DNA of 40,145 nucleotides, from the NCBI GenBank assembly GCA_964654555.1, contig CAZZJP010000001.1, positions 1 to 40,145 of the forward strand, written 5' to 3'. The DNA is from an uncultured Desulfobulbia bacterium. Its GTDB lineage: Bacteria > Desulfobacterota > Desulfobulbia > Desulfobulbales > VMSU01. This document shows, one piece after another, positions 10,571 to 20,266 of the stretch (position 1 is its first letter; every line of letters begins with the position of its first letter). Both the position numbers and the translations under genes were made by a program. The notes under the pieces were generated by a model that had not been told where the DNA came from, ran no database searches, and was given only the letters and a program-made list of their open reading frames with translations.

Positions 10571-13036
10571 TTAAATCACAATATTTATTAATTTGTTCTT
10601 AACTACAATAATCTTTTTTATCGGATTGTCGCCAATAAATTTTTTAGTTTTTTCATCATTTACGGCCATTTCCCGTAATTCATCATCAGAGGTGCCCACG
10701 CTGACCTGGAGTCGGCTGCGAACTTTGCCCTTCACTTGAATAACGATGGTAATCTCATCATCTTTGGCCTTTTGAGGATCAAATTCCGGCCAGGCGGCGT
10801 GATCGAGAAGCTCGTTATGACCGGTCATCTCCCAGAGCTCGGCGCAGAAATGCGGTACCATGGGGTAGAGAAGTTTGATGATGACCGTCACTGTTTGCTT
10901 GATGATATGCGGGTCTGCCTGCTCCTGCCGGTTATTATTGGGGGCAGCCAGCAGGAGGTTGGTAAGTTCCATTACCGCGCTTATGCAGGTGTTGAAGTGA
11001 AAGTTGTTTTCAATATCAGTGCTGAATTTTTTGACGCATTGATGGGTTTTGCGCTCCAGATCACGACTTATCTGATTCAGGGTTACGCCTGGTTCCGTCT
11101 GAGTTTTTAATAAATCACGGTTGGCATCCACAAAACGATATACCTTGTTCAGGAAACGGGAGGCGCCGTCGACGCCCTTGTCATTCCATTCCAGATCCTT
11201 TTCCGGCGGTGCGGCAAAAAGGCTGAAGAGGCGCACCGTATCGGCACCATATTTTTCAATCAGGGTGCTGGGGTCGACCACATTACCCTTGGATTTGCTC
11301 ATCTTAGTGCCGTCCTTGATTACCATACCCTGGGTCAGCAGATTGGTGAAGGGTTCATCAATATTGAGATACCCCGTATCGCGCATGGCCTTGGTAAAAA
11401 AACGGGCGTAAAGCAGGTGGAGAATGGCGTGTTCCACACCGCCGATATATTGATCTACCGGCAGCCAATAAGCGGCAGCCTGCTGATCTATCATCCCCTC
11501 TTTATAATGGGGATTGGTGTAGCGGGCGTAATACCATGAGGACTCCACAAAGGTGTCCATGGTGTCGGTTTCACGATGGGCCGGGCCGCCGCAGCGCGGG
11601 CAGGTAGTTTCATAGAACTCAGGCAGTTGCTGCAAGGGAGATTTACCGGATTTATCTAATTTAACCTCGGTGGGCAGCCGGACTGGTAGATTGGAGTCTG
11701 CCACCGGCTGGATGCCGCATTTCCCGCAGTTCAGCATGGGAATGGGCGTTCCCCAGTAACGCTGGCGGGATATGCCCCAGTCCCGGAGCCGAAAGGTGGT
11801 TCTGGCCCGGCCAAAGCCCTGGTCGGCGGCGGCTTTAGTAATGGCCGCTTTGGCCTTTATATTGTCCATGCCGTTGAAGTCAGCGGAATTGATTAAGGTT
11901 CCCGGCCCCTCATAGGCCTGATCCTTCGGCATTTCACCGGCAGGAGGACGAATGACCTCTAAACAGGGGATATTATATTTGGCCGCGAATTCATAATCCC
12001 GCTGATCGTGGGATGGGACGGCCATTACTGCCCCGGAGCCGTATTCCATCAGAACGAAATTGGCGGCATAGATGGGCAGTCGCCGGCCGGTGAAGGGATT
12101 AAGGCAGTAACCGCCGGTGAACACCCCTTCTTTTTCCAGTTCCTCACCGTGTGAGGCCCGCTGTTTAGCGGCTTTGGTACGTTCAATGAATTCTTTAACC
12201 TCATCTTCCGTGCTGCCGCCCTTTGATAACTTCAGGGCCAGGGGATGTTCCGGGGCGATGGACATAAAGGTAGCCCCGAAGATGGTATCAGGACGGGTGG
12301 TGAAGATGGTGAGCTTCTTATCGCTGTTCTCAATGGGGAAGTTGATTTCCGCCCCTGTACTCTTGCCGATCCAATGACGCTGCATGGTCAGCACCTTATC
12401 GGGCCAGCCGCCGAGTTTCTCCATATCGGTCAGTAATTCTTCGGCGTAAGCGGTAATTTTAAAGAACCAGCCATGCATTTCACGGGGGATTACCTGGGAA
12501 TCACAGCGCCAGCATTCGCCGTCAATGACCTGCTCGTTGGCCAGAACGGTCTGGCATTGTTCACACCAGTTAACTGTGGTCTTTTTACGGTAAATCAGCC
12601 CTTTTTGGTAAAGCTCAATAAAGAATTTCTGTTCCCAGCGATAGTACTCAGCCCCGCAGGTGGCAATTTCCCGCTGCCAGTCATAGCTGAAGCCCATGCG
12701 GCGCAACTGGCTCCGCATATAGTCTATATTGTCATAGGTCCAGTGGGCTGGATGGGTGTCATGCTTGATGGCGGCGTTTTCCGCCGGCAGGCCGAAGGCG
12801 TCCCAGCCCATGGGATGAAGGACATTAAAGCCCCGCATTCTCTTATAACGGGCAATGACATCGCCGATGGTATAATTGCGGACATGACCCATGTGGATGC
12901 GGCCCGAGGGGTAGGGGAACATCTCCAGAAGATAATATTTCGGTCCCTTGTCTTCCTTGACCGCGTAGCATTGTCCGGTCTGCCACTTCTCCTGCCATTT
13001 TTGTTCAATGGCCGTGAAATTATAGTGTTTAGCCAT
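10571..13036 (-). CDS. leuS: Leucine--tRNA ligase
   Basis: [13 protein letters not shown] (HIGH), [16 protein letters not shown]. Confidence 0.99.
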   Translation of the reverse strand: MAKHYNFTAIEQKWQEKWQTGQCYAVKEDKGPKYYLLEMFPYPSGRIHMGHVRNYTIGDVIARYKRMRGFNVLHPMGWDAFGLPAENAAIKHDTHPAHWTYDNIDYMRSQLRRMGFSYDWQREIATCGAEYYRWEQKFFIELYQKGLIYRKKTTVNWCEQCQTVLANEQVIDGECWRCDSQVIPREMHGWFFKITAYAEELLTDMEKLGGWPDKVLTMQRHWIGKSTGAEINFPIENSDKKLTIFTTRPDTIFGATFMSIAPEHPLALKLSKGGSTEDEVKEFIERTKAAKQRASHGEELEKEGVFTGGYCLNPFTGRRLPIYAANFVLMEYGSGAVMAVPSHDQRDYEFAAKYNIPCLEVIRPPAGEMPKDQAYEGPGTLINSADFNGMDNIKAKAAITKAAADQGFGRARTTFRLRDWGISRQRYWGTPIPMLNCGKCGIQPVADSNLPVRLPTEVKLDKSGKSPLQQLPEFYETTCPRCGGPAHRETDTMDTFVESSWYYARYTNPHYKEGMIDQQAAAYWLPVDQYIGGVEHAILHLLYARFFTKAMRDTGYLNIDEPFTNLLTQGMVIKDGTKMSKSKGNVVDPSTLIEKYGADTVRLFSLFAAPPEKDLEWNDKGVDGASRFLNKVYRFVDANRDLLKTQTEPGVTLNQISRDLERKTHQCVKKFSTDIENNFHFNTCISAVMELTNLLLAAPNNNRQEQADPHIIKQTVTVIIKLLYPMVPHFCAELWEMTGHNELLDHAAWPEFDPQKAKDDEITIVIQVKGKVRSRLQVSVGTSDDELREMAVNDEKTKKFIGDNPIKKIIVVKNKLINIVI

Positions 13037-13183
13037 TTATTTATTGACCTTGTAGATTTTCTTGTTATTCCCGCGTATTTTTAGCGGGAGGTAAGCTAGA
13101 CTTCGGGTAAGCGCAGGTTCCGCTCCTGAAAAACCAAAACGAAGTTACCACTATTTTCGCGGAAGTTACATTCCTGACGGGAT

Positions 13184-14560
13184 TCATGAAAAGGCAGCCG
13201 CCTCATTTCGCTGTCCGGCCAGGTTCTCGAAGGTGGTAATGTCGGCTATAAAAGCTAATTTTACCGTGCCAATGGGGCCGTTTCGCTGCTTGCCGATGAT
13301 GATTTCCGCCATCCCGCGGTTGGGGTTATCCGGCGCCTTATTATATACTTCATCACGATAGATGAAGCAAATAACATCCGCGTCCTGCTCAATGGCTCCC
13401 GATTCCCGCAAATCTGAAAGCTGGGGACGTTTATCGGTACGACTTTCCAGACTGCGGTTAAGCTGAGAGAGGGCCAGAACCGGAATTTTCATCTCCTTGG
13501 CCATGGCTTTTAAAGAGCGTGAAATATCGCTGATCTCCTGTTCGCGGTTGTCAATGCCGGCCCGGCCGCGCATGAGCTGCAGATAATCCACTACCACCAT
13601 CCCTATATCATGTTCGGCCTTCAGCCGTCTGGTCTTGGCCCGCATTTCAAGAACCGTGATGGCCGGGGTATCATCAATGAAGATGGGGGCTTTGCTGAGC
13701 ATGCCTGTGGCCCGTACTAACTTCGGCCAGTCCGTATCCCGCAGATGTCCGGTTCTGACTCTTGAGGCGTCTACCCGGCCCACGGAGCAGAGCAGACGCA
13801 TGGCCAGTTGTTCCTTGGGCATTTCCAGGCTGAAAACCGCTGTTGGCACCTTGGCCAGCATGGCGGCGTTCTGGGCGATATTCATGGCAAAGGCGGTCTT
13901 GCCCATACTGGGGCGGCCGGCGATGATAACCAGGTCGGAGGGCTGAAATCCGGCGGTTTTATGATCGAAATCATTGTAACCGCTGGGTACTCCGGTAATC
14001 ATCTCCTTACGTTCAGCCAGCTGTTCAATATTTTTGAAGGCCTCGTTGATGATCTCGTTCATCCGGTAGAAGCTCTGTTTACTTTTGGAACTTGAGATGT
14101 CAAAGACGTTTTTCTCGACCTCATCTAAAAGGAGGTCGATATTGTCCTGTTCCTCGAAGCAGCGGCCGGCGATTTCCGAGGTGGTTTGAATCAGTTGGCG
14201 GAGGATGCTTTTGTTGCGGACAATAGTGGCATAATAGGCGATATTGGCGGCCACCGGCACGATGTCGGTAAGTGTCGCGAGATAGGCGGCTCCACCGACT
14301 TCGTCCAGTTTATGGCTGTCCTTTAAGGAGTTGATAATGGTAACCAGATCCAGAGGCTCGGTTTTATCAAAGAGAGTGAGCATGGAGCTATAGATGGTCT
14401 GGTGAGCCGGCTTATAAAAATCGGAGGGGGCGAGGAGGTTTACAACCTTATCCATGGCCGGCTGGCGGAGAAGAATGGAACCGAGAACGCATTGTTCAGC
14501 CTCAATGTTTTGAGGCGGCAGGCGCTGGCCGATGGTTGAGGGAGGAAATGGCGCTTCCAT
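13184..14560 (-). CDS. dnaB: Replicative DNA helicase (no intein)
   Basis: PPQNIEAEQ, AGRPSMGKT, VVDYLQLM, DLRESGAIEQDAD, KQRNGP. Confidence 0.98.
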   Translation of the reverse strand: MEAPFPPSTIGQRLPPQNIEAEQCVLGSILLRQPAMDKVVNLLAPSDFYKPAHQTIYSSMLTLFDKTEPLDLVTIINSLKDSHKLDEVGGAAYLATLTDIVPVAANIAYYATIVRNKSILRQLIQTTSEIAGRCFEEQDNIDLLLDEVEKNVFDISSSKSKQSFYRMNEIINEAFKNIEQLAERKEMITGVPSGYNDFDHKTAGFQPSDLVIIAGRPSMGKTAFAMNIAQNAAMLAKVPTAVFSLEMPKEQLAMRLLCSVGRVDASRVRTGHLRDTDWPKLVRATGMLSKAPIFIDDTPAITVLEMRAKTRRLKAEHDIGMVVVDYLQLMRGRAGIDNREQEISDISRSLKAMAKEMKIPVLALSQLNRSLESRTDKRPQLSDLRESGAIEQDADVICFIYRDEVYNKAPDNPNRGMAEIIIGKQRNGPIGTVKLAFIADITTFENLAGQRNEAAAFS

Positions 14561-14584
14561 TGATGAGTTGTGATTCCGGGGAAC

Positions 14585-14646
14585 GTGAATAGTTAAAAGT
14601 TACAAAGCCGGGATGTGTGAACATCGCCGGCATTGTAACTACCTCA
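14585..14646. repeat. Hairpin with degenerate GTAAC-family ends upstream of dnaB
   Basis: AGTTACAA-AGCCGG-GATGT / ACATC-GCCGG-CA-TTGTAACT stem; flanked by GTGAATAGTTA and GTAACTAC. Confidence 0.45.
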
Positions 14647-14686
14647 TACAGACTTTATACAAATTATCCTGTTTGCTGTTTTAAAA

Positions 14687-14714
14687 CAGGCCGCCAATAA
14701 TTATTGGCGGCCTG
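14687..14714 (-). terminator. Perfect 28-bp palindrome, probable terminator after rplI
   Basis: CAGGCCGCCAATAA|TTATTGGCGGCCTG, followed by TTTT on the minus strand. Confidence 0.6.
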
Positions 14715-14800
14715 CCATTACCAAATGCGGTCAATAAAACAACGGGGAGCAACAATACCCCCTATGGCCGCTAAAAGCGGCTTTAGTACTCTGGATAATA

Positions 14801-15250
14801 TTACTCGGTCTGCGGTATTATCTCAACTTTGATATCGGCGTGGGTCTGGTAGCCGATCTTAATAGGTACGTTGAAAATCCCCACCGTTTTGATGGGCTCC
14901 TCAATGGCAATCTTACGGCGGTCTACTTCAATGCCGAGTTCGGCTAATTTATCGGCAATCTCGGAGTTGGTAACAGAACCGTATAATTTGTTCTCGTCAC
15001 CAACCCGCTTGCTGATAGTAACCACGGCGCCGGCAATTTTTTTGGACAGCCCTTCAGTCTGCTGGCGCAGAGTTGATTTGCGGGCTTCAATGGCATCTCT
15101 TTCCAGCTCGAGATTAGTCTTGTTGGCCTTATTAGCGAGAACTGCCAGATTTTGAGGAATAAGGTAATTACGGCCAAAGCCTGGTTTTACTGTGACTAAA
15201 TCTCCCTCTTCTCCAAGATTATCTATGGTCGTTTTCAATATTAATTCCAT
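14801..15250 (-). CDS. rplI: 50S ribosomal protein L9
   Basis: LGEEGDLVTVKPGFGRNYLIP, KLYGSVT. Confidence 0.98.
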   Translation of the reverse strand: MELILKTTIDNLGEEGDLVTVKPGFGRNYLIPQNLAVLANKANKTNLELERDAIEARKSTLRQQTEGLSKKIAGAVVTISKRVGDENKLYGSVTNSEIADKLAELGIEVDRRKIAIEEPIKTVGIFNVPIKIGYQTHADIKVEIIPQTE

Positions 15251-15331
15251 ATGTCCCTCATTCTATGTAGTTTTAAGTTTTTAAATATTTGTATTCAATC
15301 AAGGCGGATAAACTGCCCTGAACCGTGAGCT

Positions 15332-15383
15332 GTAACTGCTCAGAAAAGCGTGGACTCCGGATTAGCTGCAGCTGAGTAGTTAC
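15332..15383. repeat. Short GTAAC-family inverted-repeat element
   Basis: GTAACTGCTCAG (15332-15343) and CTGAGTAGTTAC (15372-15383); abuts the stop codon of the DUF2232 gene. Confidence 0.65.
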
Positions 15384-16349
15384 CTATTTGCCGTTAATTT
15401 TATCTAAGGGCTTGGCCTTACGGAAGTTGGCCCAAATCTCAACAATCCCCAGAAAGGCCAGCATAATAATGCCATAGGCCTGAATTGTAATAATTATATA
15501 GATCAGAAATCTTATGGGCCTCGGTACCTCCCATTTTTCCAGAAGACTTGTCAGAACCGCCAGTCCCTGCAGAAAATAGAGAAAACCAAGCACCAGAACT
15601 ATATTAAGCCCCGCCGTGTTCAACCACGTGCTGGAGATCATTAAAGTAAAAACTCCGGCGATGAACAGCCAGATTAGATTATCCGGCAGCCGCCAGCGGC
15701 GGAAATCATCCCATACTTTAATGCCGCTTCTTTTTAACAAACGATTAGCCAACAGCAGGTTCAGCCAGATTGTGCAAATAGCTGAGATCAGCAGACTGCC
15801 GGGAAATATGCGGGGGACGGTTTCCCTTGTCCGCTGAAATACCTCTTTGAGCTGGGCCTTGGAGTCAGGGGTGAGCCCTGGTGATGTGCTATATGACTTA
15901 AAGGCTATAGTCAACGATGTATCAATTTCTTTTAGTACTGCCTTGTAGATATTAACCTGACTGAAGGCGCTGAAGGCAATACCCAGAACGAGCCAGGTAA
16001 GAATTATTGCCCCTATGCCCTTAAAACCGGCCCGGTGGATACTGTCACCTTGATTAATTGATTGTCCCAGGATGATTCCGGCTGGTATCAGGCTCAGGGC
16101 TGAAAAGACAATCTGAACATCAGCGGCCGTAATCATAATCAGGCCGGCTGCCGGAACAGCCGCGTAGGCTGTCAACCTGCTGCCCCGCTTAAAACCTAAG
16201 ACGGTGATATAATATATTACCGGCAGAGGAGTAATGAAATACAGCCAGAAGAAAAAACTGCTGACCACCGGCAGGGTAAGAATAAGCGCGGTAATGCCTA
16301 TTGCCGTTAAATAATACTGACCGCTGAAATTCCTCTTTGCCTGTTCCAA
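15384..16349 (-). CDS. YybS/DUF2232 family membrane protein
   Basis: Many hydrophobic helices, FRRWRLPD and YFLQGLAV motifs; lies between rpsR and rplI. Confidence 0.85.
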   Translation of the reverse strand: MEQAKRNFSGQYYLTAIGITALILTLPVVSSFFFWLYFITPLPVIYYITVLGFKRGSRLTAYAAVPAAGLIMITAADVQIVFSALSLIPAGIILGQSINQGDSIHRAGFKGIGAIILTWLVLGIAFSAFSQVNIYKAVLKEIDTSLTIAFKSYSTSPGLTPDSKAQLKEVFQRTRETVPRIFPGSLLISAICTIWLNLLLANRLLKRSGIKVWDDFRRWRLPDNLIWLFIAGVFTLMISSTWLNTAGLNIVLVLGFLYFLQGLAVLTSLLEKWEVPRPIRFLIYIIITIQAYGIIMLAFLGIVEIWANFRKAKPLDKINGK

Positions 16350-16389
16350 GTCATTATAGGGGTGTTAATCTGTTCAAAAGACTGCCGCT

Positions 16390-16647
16390 TTACAGACGGG
16401 TTGTGGCGCTATAGGGCAGCAGGGCGATTTGACGAGCCCGTTTAATGGCCTCGCAACATTGCCTCTGGTGCTTGGCGCAATTACCATATATCCGGCTGGG
16501 AATAATCTTGCCCTGGTCGGTGATAAAATTGCTTAAGGTCTTGACGTCTTTGTAATCAATTTTCAGACTGCTGTCGGCACAAAACCGGCATATTCTTTTG
16601 CGGATAAAGGTCTTTTTCTTATATTGTTGACGGGTTGGCGCTGCCAT
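16390..16647 (-). CDS. rpsR: 30S ribosomal protein S18
   Basis: [29 protein letters not shown]. Confidence 0.98.
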   Translation of the reverse strand: MAAPTRQQYKKKTFIRKRICRFCADSSLKIDYKDVKTLSNFITDQGKIIPSRIYGNCAKHQRQCCEAIKRARQIALLPYSATTRL

Positions 16648-16675
16648 TTTTTTGTCTCCTGTTGTATCTTAGGCC

Positions 16676-17080
16676 TTAGGCCGGGTCTGCTGCTTCTGTA
16701 ACCGTTTCCGGGGCTTCCTGCGTCTCGGCTTCTTCAGCCGGGGCGGTCTCTGCCTCTACATCCGCTTCCGGTTCAGGGGCGTCAGGGATATATGTATCCT
16801 GAATTTTAATGGTCATGTATTTCAGGGTATTCTCATCGATACGAAAGAGACGCTCGATTTCGTCAACTGCCGCGGGGATACTGGCGTATTCCATGAAAAC
16901 GTAATAGCCCTGGCTCTCTTTTTTAATGAGATAGGCCAGTTTTCTGAGGCCCCAGCGGTCAAGATTAATGATGGTGCCGCCAGCCTTCTCAATAACGGCG
17001 TTGGTTCGGTCGATAATGGCGGTTATATCATCTTCATTGGCTGTGGGCCGGATAATATAGATTGTTTCATACCTGCGCAT
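16676..17080 (-). CDS. rpsF: 30S ribosomal protein S6
   Basis: MRRYETIYI, WGLRKLAYLIKK; start moved to ATG 17080, which follows AAGGAGG. Confidence 0.97.
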   Translation of the reverse strand: MRRYETIYIIRPTANEDDITAIIDRTNAVIEKAGGTIINLDRWGLRKLAYLIKKESQGYYVFMEYASIPAAVDEIERLFRIDENTLKYMTIKIQDTYIPDAPEPEADVEAETAPAEEAETQEAPETVTEAADPA

Positions 17081-17084
17081 GCTT

Positions 17085-17150
17085 CCTCCTTGTGGACTAT
17101 GGGTGATTCCCCAGGCCCTCGTGTTTCCTGCCTCAGAGAGCAAGAAGGTT
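17085..17150 (-). promoter_or_regulatory. Putative S6:S18 ribosomal protein leader RNA
   Basis: Minus strand CCTTCTTGCTCTC...GAGGGCC...TAGTCCACAAGGAGG; the 5' CCTTCTTG can pair with the SD-containing CAAGGAGG; same layout as rpsF leaders. Confidence 0.7.
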
Positions 17151-17219
17151 TACGGATAGAGGCTGGAATATGAAAATCCAGCCAAAGAATAAACGGATTC
17201 TTTACCATATAACCTTGTT

Positions 17220-18014
17220 TTATGTCAAATTATTTTTGTTGCGCTGCCACAACTTAAGTAATTCTCTTTCTGAGAGATCGTGGAGATTAAGCCCTTCTTT
17301 AAGGCACTGATTTTCCATACCGCGAAAACGGCGGATAAATTTTTCCGTGGCGAGGTGCATGGTATCTTCGGCATTTATACTATAGAGACGGGCCAGATTG
17401 ACCAGCATGAAGAGGACATCACCCATTTCTTCGATAATATGGTTCTGGTCACCATCCCTCATGGCCTCCAGCAATTCTTCGGTTTCTTCTGTGAATTTTT
17501 TTATTGCCGCCTGCCGTCCGCTCCACTCAAAGCCATTATGGGCCGCCCGTTCAGATACCCGTTGAGCCCGGCGCAGGGCCGGCAGACTTTTAGGGACTCC
17601 AGCCAGGCGGTCGGCGGCACTATTGGCGGTTCTTTTCTCGGCGGCCTTGATCTCGTTCCAGCGCTGACTCTGCTGGGCTGCTGAACCAACCTTTTCATCA
17701 CCAAAAACATGGGGGTGGCGGTGTACCATCTTGTCGGCGATGCCGCCGATAACCTCGGTCAGTGAAAAGGCGTGCTGTTCTTCATAGAGCTGGCTGATAA
17801 AGACAAGCTGGAAAAAGAGATCGCCCATCTCTTCCCGGACGGCTGCTGCTTTGCCGCTGTCGATGGCATCGGCTGTTTCGTAACATTCCTCAAGGAGATA
17901 GGTCTTCATGGTCTCCGGGGTCTGCTTCTGATCCCAGGGGCAGCCGCCCCGGGGATTACGCAGGGCGGTGATAATATTATTTAAACGGTGGAGTTCCTGC
18001 TCGGTGGTAGTCAT
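17220..18014 (-). CDS. mazG: Nucleoside triphosphate pyrophosphohydrolase MazG
   Basis: GCPWDQKQT, LLEECYE, EEMGDL, RHPHVF; second EEMGDVLF module. Confidence 0.95.
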   Translation of the reverse strand: MTTTEQELHRLNNIITALRNPRGGCPWDQKQTPETMKTYLLEECYETADAIDSGKAAAVREEMGDLFFQLVFISQLYEEQHAFSLTEVIGGIADKMVHRHPHVFGDEKVGSAAQQSQRWNEIKAAEKRTANSAADRLAGVPKSLPALRRAQRVSERAAHNGFEWSGRQAAIKKFTEETEELLEAMRDGDQNHIIEEMGDVLFMLVNLARLYSINAEDTMHLATEKFIRRFRGMENQCLKEGLNLHDLSERELLKLWQRNKNNLT

Positions 18015-18057
18015 GGCTGTTGAGGGGAAACGGGATGGTACTCTCGGAGAAAATTTA

Positions 18058-18208
18058 GTAACTATTCAGCAGCACCCCATCTTCGCCCATTTAGGCCTTC
18101 TCGAATACCAAAGTATGCTTCGAAGTCCTAAAGAACAAACCTGGAGCACTGCTGAATAGTTACGCTCTGGGGCTATTGTTACTTTTAGGTACTACGCTGA
18201 ATAGTTAC
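18058..18208. repeat. GTAAC-family REP/MITE-like element plus a second degenerate copy
   Basis: Perfect 15-bp IR GTAACTATTCAGCAG (18058-18072) / CTGCTGAATAGTTAC (18149-18163); core TCGAATAC-CAAA-GTATGCTTCG; extra GCTGAATAGTTAC at 18196-18208. Confidence 0.75.
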
Positions 18209-18213
18209 AAAAT

Positions 18214-18729
18214 TTATTCCTTAATTGTCGATGCCTGGTCGTTGTCCTTATCTGTATCTGCCGGGTCTGGAATGCTGTTGTCTATTTTTGTTTCCGCACA
18301 GGGGCTGGGCGGCGCGGATTCCGTCAGGCTGAGGGCGTTATCTATGATACGGCGGCCCACGCCAAGGCGGGCTCGTAGGTCAGATGGTTTGCAGGGCTTA
18401 ACCAGGTAGTCATCGGCACCGCCGTCTAAGGCCATGAGTTTTTCTTCATGCGACTTGCGGGCACTGAACATGATAGCGTAAACATAAGGCCCGGTGCGGG
18501 TACGCAGCCGTTGACATAACTGGATTCCGCTGATGCCGGGCAGGTTCCAGTCTATAATGGCAAGACGGATGGCAGGATTTTCCTCTAATAGTTCCCAGGC
18601 CTTATCGCCGTTGTCTGCCGCAATGGCTTCATATCCCCATTTGCTGAGGAAGTTTTCTACCCCTTTACGCACTACGGGATTATCTTCAGCCAGCAACACT
18701 AAGGGTTTTGAGATTTTTGACGGTGCCAT
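18214..18729 (-). CDS. Response regulator receiver protein with no recognisable output domain
   Basis: LLAEDN, IIDWNLP, FSAR, DDYLVKP; low-complexity acidic tail. Confidence 0.85.
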   Translation of the reverse strand: MAPSKISKPLVLLAEDNPVVRKGVENFLSKWGYEAIAADNGDKAWELLEENPAIRLAIIDWNLPGISGIQLCQRLRTRTGPYVYAIMFSARKSHEEKLMALDGGADDYLVKPCKPSDLRARLGVGRRIIDNALSLTESAPPSPCAETKIDNSIPDPADTDKDNDQASTIKE

Positions 18730-18829
18730 AATAGCCTTTTACTAGTCCTGAAATTTATCTTAAAGGTGAGATTACCATTTCTTATCCTGAATAACAATAT
18801 CTCTCTGAATAAGTGTTCTATTTTTCTGC

Positions 18830-18858
18830 TTGACTGAACTATTTATAAGCACTATGTT
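18830..18858 (+). promoter_or_regulatory. Putative sigma70 promoter for ppaC
   Basis: TTGACT-N17-TATGTT. Confidence 0.5.
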
Positions 18859-18946
18859 CACCAACAAACTTTGTTATGTTATCTTAAAAAAGGTTCGTCT
18901 TTTGTGGACGATATAATTATTAATATATGGATTGGAGGATTATGTT

Positions 18947-19867
18947 ATGTCAGTTTATGTTGTTGGGCATAAAAGCCCTGATACGGATTCGGTAACTTCT
19001 GCTATTGCTTATGCTGCTTTGCAGAAAGAGATGGGTGTTGACGCGGTTCCAGCCATGCAGGGTGAGTTGAATCCTGAGACTGAGATGGTATTGAACAAGT
19101 TTGGTTTTGCCGCCCCTGAAATCATGACGGACGGTGCCGGTAAGCAGCTGATGCTGGTGGATCACAGCGATCTGGCTCAGGCCCCTGATAATCTTGGTGA
19201 CGCCGAACTGCTGGCCATTATTGATCATCATAAGGTCGGTGATATTACCACCAATAATCCCATCATCTTTAACGCTCAGCCCGTGGGCTGCACCGGTACG
19301 GTTTTAAAGCAGCTTTATGATCTTAATAATGTTGCTATCCCGGCCAATATCGCTGGTATTATGCTCTGTGCCATTTTAAGCGATACTGTAATGTTTAAAT
19401 CCCCCACCTGCACTGAGGCCGATAAGGCTGCCTGTGAGGATCTGGCCAAAATCGCCGGAGTCGACGATATGGAGGCCCTGGCCATGGAGATGTTCAAGGC
19501 CAAGTCCGCTGTTGCCGGTGTCCCGGCCAAGGATCTGGTATTCAGAGACTATAAAGACTTTGACATGAACGGCAAGAAGATCGGTATCGGCCAGCTGGAG
19601 CTGGTTGATCTCTCCCTCGTTGACGGTATTCGTGATGACCTGTATAAGGCTTGTGAAGAGGTGAAGGCCGATGGCCGTCATACCGTCATTCTCATGCTCA
19701 CTGACATCATGAAAGAGGGTACTGACCTTATGGTGGTTTCCGATGACCCAAGCCTGATTGAGAATGCCTTCGGCGGTAAACTCGAGGGCAACACCATGTG
19801 GGTTGACGGCATGATGAGCCGTAAAAAGCAGACTGTTCCCAATATGCAGAAAGCCTGCGGTTGTTAA
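18947..19867 (+). CDS. ppaC: Manganese-dependent (family II) inorganic pyrophosphatase, no CBS insert
   Basis: GHKSPDTDS, LVDH, IIDHH (DHH), ILSDT, SRKKQ; ATG 18947 follows GGAGG. Confidence 0.96.
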   Translation: MSVYVVGHKSPDTDSVTSAIAYAALQKEMGVDAVPAMQGELNPETEMVLNKFGFAAPEIMTDGAGKQLMLVDHSDLAQAPDNLGDAELLAIIDHHKVGDITTNNPIIFNAQPVGCTGTVLKQLYDLNNVAIPANIAGIMLCAILSDTVMFKSPTCTEADKAACEDLAKIAGVDDMEALAMEMFKAKSAVAGVPAKDLVFRDYKDFDMNGKKIGIGQLELVDLSLVDGIRDDLYKACEEVKADGRHTVILMLTDIMKEGTDLMVVSDDPSLIENAFGGKLEGNTMWVDGMMSRKKQTVPNMQKACGC

Positions 19868-19919
19868 GTTAAGGTCTTTGTGACAGTTTAGAATTTAAAA
19901 TAGTTACGGGCTTTTCAGT

Positions 19920-19974
19920 AAAAAAAGGCCGTCCAGCCTCCTTGTTTGGGGAGTGCGGGGCGGCCTTTTTTTTT
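19920..19974 (+). terminator. Intrinsic terminator after ppaC
   Basis: AAAAAAGGCCGTCC...GGGGCGGCC followed by a long T run. Confidence 0.75.
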
Positions 19975-20266
19975 GTGTGGGGTGCGGTTAGAATTTTAAG
20001 CTCTTTTAAGTTGTTTGTGACCCTGTGCTATTACTGGTATTATTAAGTCTTTTGCTAAGTATTAAAAAGGAATATTACGAAGTTAAAAACCTATCTTTTC
20101 TCTCTTTGCGTAGAAATTTGGAGTGAAGGATAACAAAAAAAGAATAAAATAATTTGATTTTTATTGTTGCTTATGAACACAATAATAAAAGTCTCTGTTC
20201 TGCGACGCAGATTAATAGTCAAGTGTTCATCGACTTATTTTTTCCAAAATTTATTGAGGGGGAGAG

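Noticed and set aside
13037-13183. T-box riboswitch upstream of leuS (minus strand GAGCGGAACCTGCG)
   Set aside because: Poor match to the T-box consensus, too short for stem I, and no terminator follows.
17081-17143. N-terminal extension of S6 in the ORF track
   Set aside because: A strong AAGGAGG precedes ATG 17080, and the region is better explained as the leader RNA.
20186-20214. Sigma28 promoter (TAAA...GCAGATTA) for the chemosensory cluster
   Set aside because: Spacing is 17 rather than about 15 and the -10 has two mismatches in an AT-rich region.
19975-20266. Genomic island boundary or att site before the cluster
   Set aside because: AT-rich, but no tRNA, integrase or direct repeat is visible; it fits an ordinary promoter region.
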